Made by a program: the position numbers and the translations under genes | Notes under the pieces: model-generated | Told to the model about the DNA's origin: nothing | Databases searched by the model: none | What the model saw: the letters and a program-made list of their open reading frames with translations, nothing else | Shown here: piece after piece, positions 16,615-25,946 of the stretch | How the letters are laid out: each line of letters starts with the position of its first letter | How positions within the stretch are numbered: position 1 is the stretch's first letter | Assembly (NCBI GenBank): GCA_021650915.1 | Contig: CP091279.1 | Coordinates: 3,930,001-3,962,000, forward strand | DNA from: Candidatus Brocadia sp. | Lineage (GTDB): Bacteria > Planctomycetota > Brocadiia > Brocadiales > Brocadiaceae | Length of the DNA: 32,000 nt | Direction of reading: 5' to 3'

Positions 16615-16819
16615 CTATCTCCTCAATTTCAATGGCTATGTCCGGACAATATCGCTCACACATCCGGCAGGCGATACATCGTTCCAATTCCCTTAACTTC
16701 TGCTGTCGAATCTCCAGATTTTTCACCGGACAGAAATTCACACAGATACCGCAGCGCTTACAGTATTCATGGTTAATGTGCACAATTCCTTTTCGTTTGG
16801 GAGTCTTTTCTTCAGGCAC
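16586..16819 (-). CDS. 2-oxoacid:ferredoxin oxidoreductase delta subunit (2x[4Fe-4S] ferredoxin)
   Basis: Two cluster motifs are present: CKRCGICVNFCP and CIACRMCERYCP. At 77 aa, it lies directly upstream of and overlaps the alpha subunit. Confidence 0.8.
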   Translation of the reverse strand: MPEEKTPKRKGIVHINHEYCKRCGICVNFCPVKNLEIRQQKLRELERCIACRMCERYCPDIAIEIEEIDAKTVIAGK

Positions 16820-16910
16820 GTGGTCTTCTCAATCCTCCTGTGATTAAAAGAAAAATCCGCTTTTTTTAGAATAGTCTAGCAATATTATTTATCAAATTCT
16901 AGGAATATTT

Positions 16911-17061
16911 ATAACACTTTAGTTTTTTGAAAAAGTAGGGGCGAAGCATTTGCCAGCTTGGGGTGTGAATACATTTATGCCAATTTATGGCAAATGCTTC
17001 GCCCCTACACCGTGCGGCAACATCGTTATTATGGTAATTTTTCAAAAAACTAAAGTGTTAC
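16911..17061. mobile_element. MITE copy 2 (151 bp), 8-bp target-site duplication GAATATTT
   Basis: Termini are ATAACACTTTAGTTTTTTGAAAAAG ... TTTTTCAAAAAACTAAAGTGTTAC. A perfect 18-bp internal inverted repeat pairs AGGGGCGAAGCATTTGCC with GGCAAATGCTTCGCCCCT. It is flanked by GAATATTT at 16903-16910 and 17062-17069. Confidence 0.8.
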
Positions 17062-17645
17062 GAATATTTTAACAGCACTTTTTGAAAGCGTGTTTTCCCG
17101 CGAGCCCGTCAGATCAGAAGGCATTGACACCGCGCGCGCCCCACCCGCCGCTTGCTCCTTCAGGGGCTCTGTAACCTCACCACCCAGGTTCTTCAGATGC
17201 AGGAGCGCAGGCAACACCCCGTTCAAAAAAGAAAGAAATCGTGGATTTGCCGTGGATTCGTAATTATTCAGCGTATCTTCAAACCTAAATGTCCATGGCA
17301 AACAAGATCAGACAATAAGCAGGGAATTTGAAGCCTGAAAGGCCATCAGGATAGAGCAGAGCATGAAGCCATCTCCTGTCTTTGGATAACAAAAACAGCA
17401 AGCCCCGATGGGCAGAAGGACTTTATGAAAAAGCCATCTGAATTCCTTTCACCCGTTCAGGACAAATCATAATATTATCCATTTTCAGGAGGCTTTGCCA
17501 CCTGCGATACCCTGTCTGCCCTTCTCAAGGAAAAAGACCATTTCCTATTATTTATTTTGGAAACCTTTTTCCATCATTTAGTGTTCTATCTTTGATTCTT
17601 AAAGAAGAATTATTTTCTATCACCTTTTTGTTGTGGATAACCTCT

Positions 17646-18788
17646 ATGAAAAAAAATTTTATATACTTGAGTGTTTGGACTGCTTTATTCATAAGTGCGT
17701 GCTCATCAGATAAAAAAAGCAGCATTAGCCATGAAAAATACCCTGTTACCAGCCCTATCGTGATGGATACGACATATACACATGATTATGTTGCAAATAT
17801 ACATTCTTTACAACACGTAGAGTTGAGCGCCAGGGTAAAAGGATATATAGAAAAAATTCATGTTGACGAAGGTGAAATCGTAAAGGCTGAGCAGGTTCTT
17901 TTTAGCATAAGCCCTCAGGAATATGAAGTGGAACTATTAAAAGCAAAGGCAATGCTGAAAAGCGCCATTGCAGATGCAAAGGCGGCCGAACTGGACGCGC
18001 AAAATGTAAAAATACTGGTAGAAAAAAATATTGTCGCAAAAACTGAACTTGAAATGGCGCAGGCTAAATTGGATGCACTTCATGCAAAGATTGATGAAGC
18101 AAAATCCTATATGGCAAGCGCGGAACTAAACTTGTCTTATACCGTAATAAAGGCGCCATTTGATGGAATCATTGACAGGATTCCCAATAAAGCGGGAAGT
18201 TTAGTCGATGAAGGAACTTTGTTAACCACCCTTTCAGATAATAAAAAAGTATTTGCTTATTTTAATGTGCCTGAAAAAGAGTATCTGGATTTCACCACGC
18301 TCATAGACTCCGAAAAGAAGAGCGATGTGGTATTTGTTTTAGCCAATAATCAAATTCACAAGTATACAGGGTGTATCGATACCGTTGCAGGAAAAATCGA
18401 TAAAAACACCGGGAATATAGCCTTCAGGGCATGCTTTCCTAATCCGGAGCTTCTTTTAAGACAGGGTTCCAGCGGTGAAGTCAGGATAGTAAAAGAAGAA
18501 AAAAATGCCTTGGTCATTCCACAAAAAGCTACCTTTGAAATTCAGGATAAAATATATGTATTCACCGTAGACTCCGACGACATTATAAAAATGAAAAGCA
18601 TTGTTCCAAAGCTGCGCATCCCCCATTTATATGTAATTGAATCCGGACTATCTCCCAATGATAGAATTGTCTATGAAGGCATTCAACAGGCAAAGGAAGG
18701 AGACAAGATCATTCCTGAAGTAATTTCTATGAAACAAATCCTGGCGGAGCAATCAAGAGCTCAAGCCGTCCGTATGGCTCAGAATTAA
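17646..18788 (+). CDS. RND efflux periplasmic adaptor (membrane fusion protein, HlyD/AcrA family), lipoprotein
   Basis: ATG 17646 gives MKKNFIYLSVWTALFISAC, a lipobox ISAC. Also seen are the coiled-coil hairpin region (AELDAQNVKILVEKNIVAKTELEMAQAKLDAL), SYTVIKAPFDGII and beta-barrel segments. Confidence 0.85.
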   Translation: MKKNFIYLSVWTALFISACSSDKKSSISHEKYPVTSPIVMDTTYTHDYVANIHSLQHVELSARVKGYIEKIHVDEGEIVKAEQVLFSISPQEYEVELLKAKAMLKSAIADAKAAELDAQNVKILVEKNIVAKTELEMAQAKLDALHAKIDEAKSYMASAELNLSYTVIKAPFDGIIDRIPNKAGSLVDEGTLLTTLSDNKKVFAYFNVPEKEYLDFTTLIDSEKKSDVVFVLANNQIHKYTGCIDTVAGKIDKNTGNIAFRACFPNPELLLRQGSSGEVRIVKEEKNALVIPQKATFEIQDKIYVFTVDSDDIIKMKSIVPKLRIPHLYVIESGLSPNDRIVYEGIQQAKEGDKIIPEVISMKQILAEQSRAQAVRMAQN

Positions 18789-18802
18789 TGAGAAAATAAA
18801 TA

Positions 18803-21800
18803 ATGAGTTCAAAATTTATCCATAGGCCAATTTTATCCATAGTGCTGTCTTTAATAATCACCCTATTGGGGGCGTTGGCTTTAGCCAAATTGCCAATGGA
18901 ACAATTCCCCAGTATAGCTCCGCCCGTGGTAAACGTTACCATCGAGTTTACCGGCGCCAACGCGGAAACCGTTACAAAAGCCGTCATTGTGCCTCTGGAA
19001 CGCGCTATCAATGGCGTTCCGGGAATGAAATATATGTCGTCTATTTCGGGAAATGATGGCATGGGTATTGTGCAAGTCATTTTTGAGGTAGGCACCGACC
19101 CTGACATTGCTGCGGTAAATGTTCAAAACAGAGTGGGCACCGTAGTGGACGAGCTTCCTGCGGAAGTAATAAAAAACGGAGTAAAAATTGCCAAGGAAGA
19201 GCGCGCTATGCTGATGTATTTAGACATCTTCAGCACCGATAACACACTAGAAGAAAAATTCCTCTACAATTTTGCGGATATCAACATACTGCCAGAATTA
19301 AAAAGAATTGATGGAGTTAGTTATGCAGATATATTGGGCGCTAAGGAATACGCAATGCGTATCTGGCTAAAACCCGACAAAATGCTTAACTATAATATTT
19401 CTACTGATGACGTGCTGATTGCGCTACGGGAACAAAACGTAGAAGCAGCGCCGGGTACCGTAGGGGAAAGTTCAGATAAATCAGCCCAGGCATTGCAATA
19501 CGTAATAAAGTACACGGGGAGGTATAACACCGAAGAACAGTATGAAAATATTCCTGTAAAATCGAATGCTGACGGCGGGATACTTCGCATGAAAGATATT
19601 GCTGATGTGGAGTTTGGCACCATTTATTTTGATGTAGAGTCAAAACTGAACGGCAGGCCTGCTGCTTCAATTATCCTGAAGCAGTTGCCAGGCTCCAATG
19701 CCAGTGAAGTAATTGGTAAGGTAAAAAAGCGCATAGCTGAGATTAAAGACACTACCTTCGTTGAGGGTATGGATTATGCAATTAGTTATGACGTGTCGCG
19801 TTTTTTAGACGCCTCCGTTCATAAGGTGTTAAAAACGTTAGTTGAGGCGTTTTTGCTGGTATCATTGGTGGTATTTATTTTTCTGCAGGATTGGCGTTCA
19901 ACACTCATTCCCGCGATTGCCGTACCTGTTTCACTGATTGGCACACTCTTTTTCATGCAGTTATTGGGATTCTCTTTGAATCTTATTACCCTTTTTGCGT
20001 TAGTGCTTGCCATAGGCATTGTCGTGGATAATGCCATCGTGGTGGTAGAAGCGGTGCATGCAAAAATGGAACACTCAAATATCGGGGCAAAGAAGGCCAC
20101 GGAAAAGGCGATGAGAGAAATCAGCGGCGCCATCATTGCAATTACCCTGGTAATGTCTGCAGTGTTTATTCCAACGTCTTTTATGTCAGGCCCTGTTGGC
20201 GTTTTTTATAAGCAGTTCTCTATTACCATCGCCATCGCTATTGTTCTCTCAGGCATCGTTGCGTTAACGCTTACCCCGGCGCTGTGCGCTTTATTTTTAA
20301 AAAACCCACACAACAAACACAAAAAGAAAAATTTCCTCCATTATTTTTTTCATGGTTTTAACAGATGGTATGAAAGTCTTTCGGCAAAGTATCAAAGGCT
20401 GCTAGGTCTTATTATCAACCGCAAGGTTGTTACCTTCTCAATATTGCTGTTATTTTGCGCCGGAACGGGTATTTTTGGAAAACTCCTGCCTTCAGGGTTT
20501 ATCCCCAATGAAGACCAGGGGACATTTTATGCCAGCATCACTACCCCTCCCGGCTCGACGTTGGAAAGAACAAAAGAAGTAGTAAGTGAAGTGCAAAAAG
20601 TATGTGAGGAGATTGGAGCCATCGAGTCTGTTTCTTCCTTAGCGGGGACAAATATCTTGTCTGATGGAACGGGAGCGACTTACGGTACGTGCTTAATCAA
20701 CTTAAAAGACTGGCATGACAGAAAGGAATCTGTTAACGAAATCATTGAATTAGTTGCCGAAAAAACGAGACACATTAAAGACGCAAAAATTGAATTCTTC
20801 CCTCCGCCGGCCGTGCCCGGCTATGGAAATGCCAGCGGTTTTGAATTAAGGTTGCTGGATAGAACCGGCAGCGGAGATGTTAAAAAGATGGAAACGGTAG
20901 TCAACCAGTTTATCACGGACTTAAAAGACCGGCCTGAAATATCAAGGGCATTCACCATTTTTGATGCTAGCTATCCGCAATACATGGTTCATATTGATAA
21001 TGATAAGGCCGCTCAAAAAGGGGTGACCGTTAATGATGCGATGAGTACCTTGCAAACCTTATTGGGAAGCGAATACGCCACGAATTTCATTCGCTTTGGC
21101 CAAATGTACAAAGTAATGGTGCAGGCGCTGCCTGAATACCGGGCAAAGCCTGAAGATATCCTCAAATTATATGCAAAAAACAATGAAAATAAAATGGTGC
21201 CTCTATCCGCCTTTATGACGATGGAGCGCATCTATGGCATGGATCAGATTACCCGTTACAATATGTATCAATCTGCAGAGCTGAACGGAGAGGCTGCCCA
21301 AGGCTATAGCAGCGGAAGCGCTATCGCAGCCATTCAGGAAGTAGCCAAAGAAAAATTACCGAAAGGTTACAGCATAGATTGGGCTGGTATAACCCGCGAT
21401 GAAATACTATCCGGCAATGAAGCCATCTATATTTTTCTTATTTGTCTGGTATTTGTGTATCTGTTGTTATCTGCACAGTATGAGAGTTTTCTCCTGCCCA
21501 TGCCCGTTATCCTCTCTTTGCCGACCGGGATATTCGGGGCATTTTTACTCTTGATGGTCATGGGTTTGGAAAACAATGTTTATGCCCAGGTAGCTATGAT
21601 TATGCTTATCGGATTGCTCGGTAAAAATGCCATTCTGATTGTTGAATTTGCCACATTAAAACACCGGGAAGGGCGAACGCCTGTACAAGCAGCCATTGAA
21701 GGAGCCACCGTGAGGTTGCGCCCAATCCTCATGACCTCTTTTGCCTTTATCGCCGGATTGATTCCCTTGATGCTTGCAACCGGTGCAGGCGCTGTGGGTA

Positions 21801-21958
21801 ATAGAACCATAGGTGCCGCTGCGGCGGGAGGCATGCTGTTCGGAACAATATTCGGAGTAATTATTATTCCCGGGCTGTATGTCGTCTTTGCAACCCTTGC
21901 AGAAGTGTTTGCGCGGAAAGGCGTCAAGGAAGCAATAGCATTTACAGAAACCGTTTAA
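18803..21958 (+). CDS. RND efflux transporter permease (AcrB/HAE1-like), 1051 aa
   Basis: It starts FIHRPILSIVLSLIITLLG. It has 12 TM segments with two large periplasmic loops, and AIGIVVDNAIVVVE and GLLGKNAILIVEFA are the conserved TM4/TM10 regions. Confidence 0.95.
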   Translation: MSSKFIHRPILSIVLSLIITLLGALALAKLPMEQFPSIAPPVVNVTIEFTGANAETVTKAVIVPLERAINGVPGMKYMSSISGNDGMGIVQVIFEVGTDPDIAAVNVQNRVGTVVDELPAEVIKNGVKIAKEERAMLMYLDIFSTDNTLEEKFLYNFADINILPELKRIDGVSYADILGAKEYAMRIWLKPDKMLNYNISTDDVLIALREQNVEAAPGTVGESSDKSAQALQYVIKYTGRYNTEEQYENIPVKSNADGGILRMKDIADVEFGTIYFDVESKLNGRPAASIILKQLPGSNASEVIGKVKKRIAEIKDTTFVEGMDYAISYDVSRFLDASVHKVLKTLVEAFLLVSLVVFIFLQDWRSTLIPAIAVPVSLIGTLFFMQLLGFSLNLITLFALVLAIGIVVDNAIVVVEAVHAKMEHSNIGAKKATEKAMREISGAIIAITLVMSAVFIPTSFMSGPVGVFYKQFSITIAIAIVLSGIVALTLTPALCALFLKNPHNKHKKKNFLHYFFHGFNRWYESLSAKYQRLLGLIINRKVVTFSILLLFCAGTGIFGKLLPSGFIPNEDQGTFYASITTPPGSTLERTKEVVSEVQKVCEEIGAIESVSSLAGTNILSDGTGATYGTCLINLKDWHDRKESVNEIIELVAEKTRHIKDAKIEFFPPPAVPGYGNASGFELRLLDRTGSGDVKKMETVVNQFITDLKDRPEISRAFTIFDASYPQYMVHIDNDKAAQKGVTVNDAMSTLQTLLGSEYATNFIRFGQMYKVMVQALPEYRAKPEDILKLYAKNNENKMVPLSAFMTMERIYGMDQITRYNMYQSAELNGEAAQGYSSGSAIAAIQEVAKEKLPKGYSIDWAGITRDEILSGNEAIYIFLICLVFVYLLLSAQYESFLLPMPVILSLPTGIFGAFLLLMVMGLENNVYAQVAMIMLIGLLGKNAILIVEFATLKHREGRTPVQAAIEGATVRLRPILMTSFAFIAGLIPLMLATGAGAVGNRTIGAAAAGGMLFGTIFGVIIIPGLYVVFATLAEVFARKGVKEAIAFTETV

Positions 21959-22064
21959 TTGGAGAGGAATTTATATTTTATTTAAGCGGCTTTCACCGTG
22001 GCACAGACAAACTATTATTTGTCGGCGTCTTCAGCCCCTTGGTAAACCCTCATAACTATTAAGC

Positions 22065-22874
22065 ATGATCAATTCATCGGTACGAAAATTACAAATAAGC
22101 GCTTTCTTAACATTCATAGGGATTAATATCAGGTTCCTTTCGGAAAATGTTTTTAATGCTCTTGTTTTTCTTAATATTCTCCAGTCTGGAAATCCTGATA
22201 ACAAGTATGATTTTCATACGCCAGGCGTCCCGGATGTGTATGGAGACGCAGCAGTCGTTGTTGTGTTTGCCGTTGCATATCTACTCCACAAGTCTGCAAG
22301 TGAAACTATTGTTTTACATATTATGGATTACCTGTATGAGAGACGCAGGCAACGTTTCAAAACTATCAGATATCTAAAAAACTGTATTATCTGGTCAAAA
22401 AAGAACTTTTTTTTAGTTATTACAGGCTTCGGTCTGTATATGGTATCCAAATATCCTTTATCGATAGGATTAGAGCTCATTTTTATTGAGGATATTACGA
22501 CGTTATCTTTTATCCTGAATGTTCTTAGAGGTATAACACTATGGTACTCCTCTTTTATTTTTTGCAGTGTTTATTGCAAGTATCTATTCATAAGTAAATC
22601 TGCCGCTCTCATGATGCATACATTTTTTGTCATAAGGAATCTTTTTGATACCAATGTGTATTGGTTAATTACCTCCTACGACTTGCATATAGGCGCACCT
22701 TTATTAGATGTTTTATCGCCTATCATTATTGTTTATTCAGTAATTTACATCATAGTTAACGGTGGCATATCAAGCCGGATTTTTCACTCTTTAAAAAATG
22801 ATAAACATGAATTTGCACACATGAAAAAGGGCGCCTCCCTTACCGTAAAAGACCTGTCTTTAATTCCCGGATAA
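22065..22874 (+). CDS. Hypothetical polytopic membrane protein embedded in the efflux operon
   Basis: An uninterrupted 269-codon ORF in very AT-rich (stop-rich) sequence. It has several hydrophobic segments and ends 4 nt before the OMF start. No family motif was recognised. Confidence 0.55.
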   Translation: MINSSVRKLQISAFLTFIGINIRFLSENVFNALVFLNILQSGNPDNKYDFHTPGVPDVYGDAAVVVVFAVAYLLHKSASETIVLHIMDYLYERRRQRFKTIRYLKNCIIWSKKNFFLVITGFGLYMVSKYPLSIGLELIFIEDITTLSFILNVLRGITLWYSSFIFCSVYCKYLFISKSAALMMHTFFVIRNLFDTNVYWLITSYDLHIGAPLLDVLSPIIIVYSVIYIIVNGGISSRIFHSLKNDKHEFAHMKKGASLTVKDLSLIPG

Positions 22875-22878
22875 ATCA

Positions 22879-24339
22879 ATGGAAAAATTTAAAAATACCG
22901 TGGTTTTTGGATGTGTGGTTACCTGCTTACTTTTAGCTGGTTGTCAAACAACAAAGAGCACTGAAGATAGCCCCATAAAACCAATACCTGAATCATTTGC
23001 AAGTACGAAAGATTCAACAAATTCAGCAATGATTGACTGGCGGCAGTTTTTCTCTGATGCGACATTAATTGGTTTGATAGATACGGCCTTAAAAAATAAC
23101 CTGGATGTGTTGATGACCTTGCAAAAAATCGAAATTGCACGGGCAGATCTGAAATTGCGCAAAGGCGCTTTGCTGCCGGAAATTTCCGGTGGTGGTTCTG
23201 TTGCACAAAGAAGATTCGGACGATACACGATGGATGGCGCCGGAAACAGAGCAACGGAGATTACTCCTGGGCAAATAGTGCCTGATGACCTTCCCGATTA
23301 TTTTATCGGTTTGCAAACAACCTGGGAAGTGGATATCTGGGGCAAGCTTCGTAATAAGAAGAAGGCCGCATTTGCCCGTTATCTTAGCAGCATCGAAGGA
23401 AAAAACATCGTACTTACCAACTTAATTGCAGAAATAGCAATTACCTATTATGAATTATTAAGTTTAGATACTGAATTGGAAATTATCAAAGAAACCATCC
23501 ATCTGCAGGAAAACGCACTTTCCATTGTTGCCATCCAAAAACAAGCTGCCGCAGCCAATGAGTTGGCTGTACAGCAGTTTGAGGCGCAATTGTTGAATTC
23601 AAGGGCACTGGAAGTTGAATTCCTCCAAAGAATTACCGTGTGTGAAAACAGAATAAACTATTTATTGGGCAGATTTCCACAACCGATCATGCGTAAAAAA
23701 TCAATTCTTCCAAAGGAAATTCCTGCCCAGGTAAAGGTCGGCATTCCATCCGATTTGTTAGAAAACAGGCCTGATATAAAACAAGCTGAGTTTGAATTAA
23801 TGGCCACAAAAGCAGACGTCAAATCAGCAAAGAAGGCATTTTATCCTTCCTTTAATATTACCGGGGCAATGGGTTTCCAGGCTTTCAATACCTCGTATCT
23901 ATTCAGATCACCGGAATCCATTGCATACGCGGTAATGGGCACTTTAACCGCCCCAATAATTAACCGGAGTGCGATTCAGGCGCAATTTAAAACGGCGCAG
24001 GCTAAACAGGTAGAGGCATTGTACCAGTATCAAAAAGCAATTATTAATGGGTACATAGAAGTATATAATGAAATGCATAATATTAAGAATCTGGAGCGGG
24101 CATACAACCTTATCACTAAAAAAGTGACGGCTTTAACTCAATCGATAGAAATATCGTCGGAACTATTCAAGACCGGCAGAGCAAATTACTTAGAGGTATT
24201 GATAACACAACAAAACGCACTCCAGTCAAAATTAGAATTGGTAAGCACCAAACAACAGCAATTCAACGCCAGTGTAAACATTTACAAGGCGCTTGGCGGC
24301 GGTTGGAGACAGATGAAAGAAAAGCCTACGCAAGGATAA
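22879..24339 (+). CDS. Efflux outer membrane factor lipoprotein (NodT/TolC family)
   Basis: The lipobox is LLLAGCQ. The body has two repeats of the TolC-like helical/beta pattern and ends in the family-typical NIYKALGGGW. Confidence 0.9.
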   Translation: MEKFKNTVVFGCVVTCLLLAGCQTTKSTEDSPIKPIPESFASTKDSTNSAMIDWRQFFSDATLIGLIDTALKNNLDVLMTLQKIEIARADLKLRKGALLPEISGGGSVAQRRFGRYTMDGAGNRATEITPGQIVPDDLPDYFIGLQTTWEVDIWGKLRNKKKAAFARYLSSIEGKNIVLTNLIAEIAITYYELLSLDTELEIIKETIHLQENALSIVAIQKQAAAANELAVQQFEAQLLNSRALEVEFLQRITVCENRINYLLGRFPQPIMRKKSILPKEIPAQVKVGIPSDLLENRPDIKQAEFELMATKADVKSAKKAFYPSFNITGAMGFQAFNTSYLFRSPESIAYAVMGTLTAPIINRSAIQAQFKTAQAKQVEALYQYQKAIINGYIEVYNEMHNIKNLERAYNLITKKVTALTQSIEISSELFKTGRANYLEVLITQQNALQSKLELVSTKQQQFNASVNIYKALGGGWRQMKEKPTQG

Positions 24340-24515
24340 GAGCATCCGAATGTTTTTCAGAAAAAAGTGTTTTTGTTCAGAATGAATTACTTCTCTGCAT
24401 CACCTTCCGGCACATAGATTACCTTTCCATCTTTTAACCGATAAGCTGTTCCCAACCAGGCGTCTTCTCCCTGTAGTTTTTTATCGGGAACCTTTTCAAT
24501 TATTATCTGCTTTTC

Positions 24516-24720
24516 GATTCTTCCAGGCGGAATCTGACAGGGACTGCCACCTTGGATTTCACAGAGAGGTCTCCCCTCCGTTCAGGTTGAAATCTCCAAT
24601 GCCTCACTTCTTTTAATCCTCCCGATCAAGGGGTTGATAGCCACTACTCTGTTCAACTTCAACCTGAATCGGCATACCTTTCTTATCTACTTCTACCATG
24701 AACAACACCAATCCTTCATG
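24516..24720 (-). pseudogene. Decayed duplicate of the TonB C-terminal domain (no N-terminus; in-frame TAA plus a 1-nt deletion)
   Basis: It aligns base for base with 29209-29413, the 3' end of intact tonB. Its translation is HEGLVLFMVEVDKKGMPIQVEVEQSSGYQPLDRED* / VRHWRFQPERRGDLSVKSKVAVPVRFRLEE. The tonB equivalent is QEGLVILRVEIDSKGIPVQVEVEQSSGYQLLDRAALKAVRHWRFQPERIGDLPVKSVVAIPVRFRLEE. Confidence 0.8.
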
Positions 24721-24796
24721 TTATAAATACGAAAAATCTTTATTGCAATTAATCCTCTATTATCTTATAAACGGCAAGATTGAAAGGAGGTTAAAT

Positions 24797-24963
24797 ATGC
24801 CATCTGCGAGTACCATACGTAAAGCAAAACTGACAGTAACAATCAGTGGTGTGTGGTTAATGAAATAGACGAAATTGCAAAAGAAAAAGGTACCCCAAGG
24901 AGTCAGGTTATGGAAGAAATGTTACGTGATTGGTTGCTGAAATCCAAAAAGAAAATGATATAA
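24797..24963 (+). pseudogene. Ribbon-helix-helix (CopG/antitoxin-like) gene with a frameshift
   Basis: AAGGAGG precedes the ATG at 24797. That frame reads MPSASTIRKAKLTVTISGVWLMK*. The +1 frame continues VVNEIDEIAKEKGTPRSQVMEEMLRDWLLKSKKKMI*. The switch lies in a GTGTGTGG run. Confidence 0.55.
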
Positions 24964-24977
24964 TTACTGAATGCAGC

Positions 24978-25946
24978 CTAATCCTCATACGGCCCTAGGA
25001 ATCGTTCACCGTTGAAATGGATCAAATGCGTCGGGGTTTCTGCAATCCAGACTTCTGTTTCCCAAGAAATTTCTTCGAGGTATTTCATCATGGCTTTTCG
25101 ATCAAGAAAAGCCGTCACATACACTATGCCAACTTTTGATCCGGCAAACAGCGTCTTTAATTCTTGCCTACGCTTCGGGTTTACGGGACCATGGCTAATA
25201 ACTGCCTCTATCAGAACAAGCCAGTTCTTCTCAACGTGATGCACCACGACATCCGGCATCTTTCCATGCTCTTCTATCTCAATAGCCAACTCCTTAAGCG
25301 CATCGGAATCGAAATATGCCCATTTCGTCTCCGTGTCGCCTACGTATATTACACGTCCCCCTGGGATAAAAAGCGGACAAAAATCGTCTATGATCTTTTT
25401 AATCAATACATTCTGGCCACCTGGCGAAAGACTGAGCTTGCGGCCATTTGATAGCTTAACAGGAATCCGGCGCATATCTCGCTCTCGCGCATAGAGCTTC
25501 TTCAAAGTCTTGAACGCATGCAGATACGAGCGCAAATGGCTACCCCAGGAGGGCCTCCCAAACTCCCGAAACAGCTTCAATGCGAAAGGCTCTATCTGGT
25601 AGACTGCTTGGGGGCTATTTGTCGGTCTCAAAGGTTTATCAGGATTAGGCACAATCACCCCCGCCTGCATAAATTGATGAACCGTCTGTCGGCGTACCGT
25701 CTCCCTGGTATTTGGTGCGTATCGCTTGCCATAATGCACAGCAAAGAACTCCATCATGGGTGTAACACCAATTAATGGGTCGCTTGCGCCCTCCCACGCA
25801 TCGTCAGGTTTGAGGTTCAACAGCGAAAGAAGTGTCAATGCTGAACGCTCATTCTGTTGCTGTCGAGGAAAACCAAGCATTTTTAATATCTCCAGTGCTT
25901 CCTTGATTTTTCGTTCGGCCTTCTTTGTGTCGATTTTTTTAGCCAT
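24978..25946 (-). CDS. Type II restriction endonuclease, BsuBI/PstI family
   Basis: LGFPRQQQNERSALTLLSLLNL...PLIGVTPMMEFF..YGKRYAPNTRETVRRQTVHQF...NPDKPLRPTNSPQAVYQIEP...LIHFNGERFLGPY matches the conserved blocks I recall for this family. At 322 aa it is close to R.PstI in size. Its start overlaps the methylase stop (ATGGCTAA). Confidence 0.8.
   Translation of the reverse strand: MAKKIDTKKAERKIKEALEILKMLGFPRQQQNERSALTLLSLLNLKPDDAWEGASDPLIGVTPMMEFFAVHYGKRYAPNTRETVRRQTVHQFMQAGVIVPNPDKPLRPTNSPQAVYQIEPFALKLFREFGRPSWGSHLRSYLHAFKTLKKLYARERDMRRIPVKLSNGRKLSLSPGGQNVLIKKIIDDFCPLFIPGGRVIYVGDTETKWAYFDSDALKELAIEIEEHGKMPDVVVHHVEKNWLVLIEAVISHGPVNPKRRQELKTLFAGSKVGIVYVTAFLDRKAMMKYLEEISWETEVWIAETPTHLIHFNGERFLGPYED

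Noticed and set aside
17050-17301. 83-aa minus-strand ORF upstream of the oxidoreductase operon
   Set aside because: It has a TTG start with a stop two codons upstream, its terminal codons are supplied by the MITE, and it has no motif. It is not the missing gamma subunit. It is kept only as context in a finding.
24387-24520. Open minus-strand frame (…IEKQIIIEKVPDKKLQGEDAWLGTAYRLKDGKVIYVPEGDAEK*) downstream of the tonB fragment
   Set aside because: It is short, has no start codon, is in a different frame from the tonB remnant, and has no recognisable motif. It cannot be supported as a gene.
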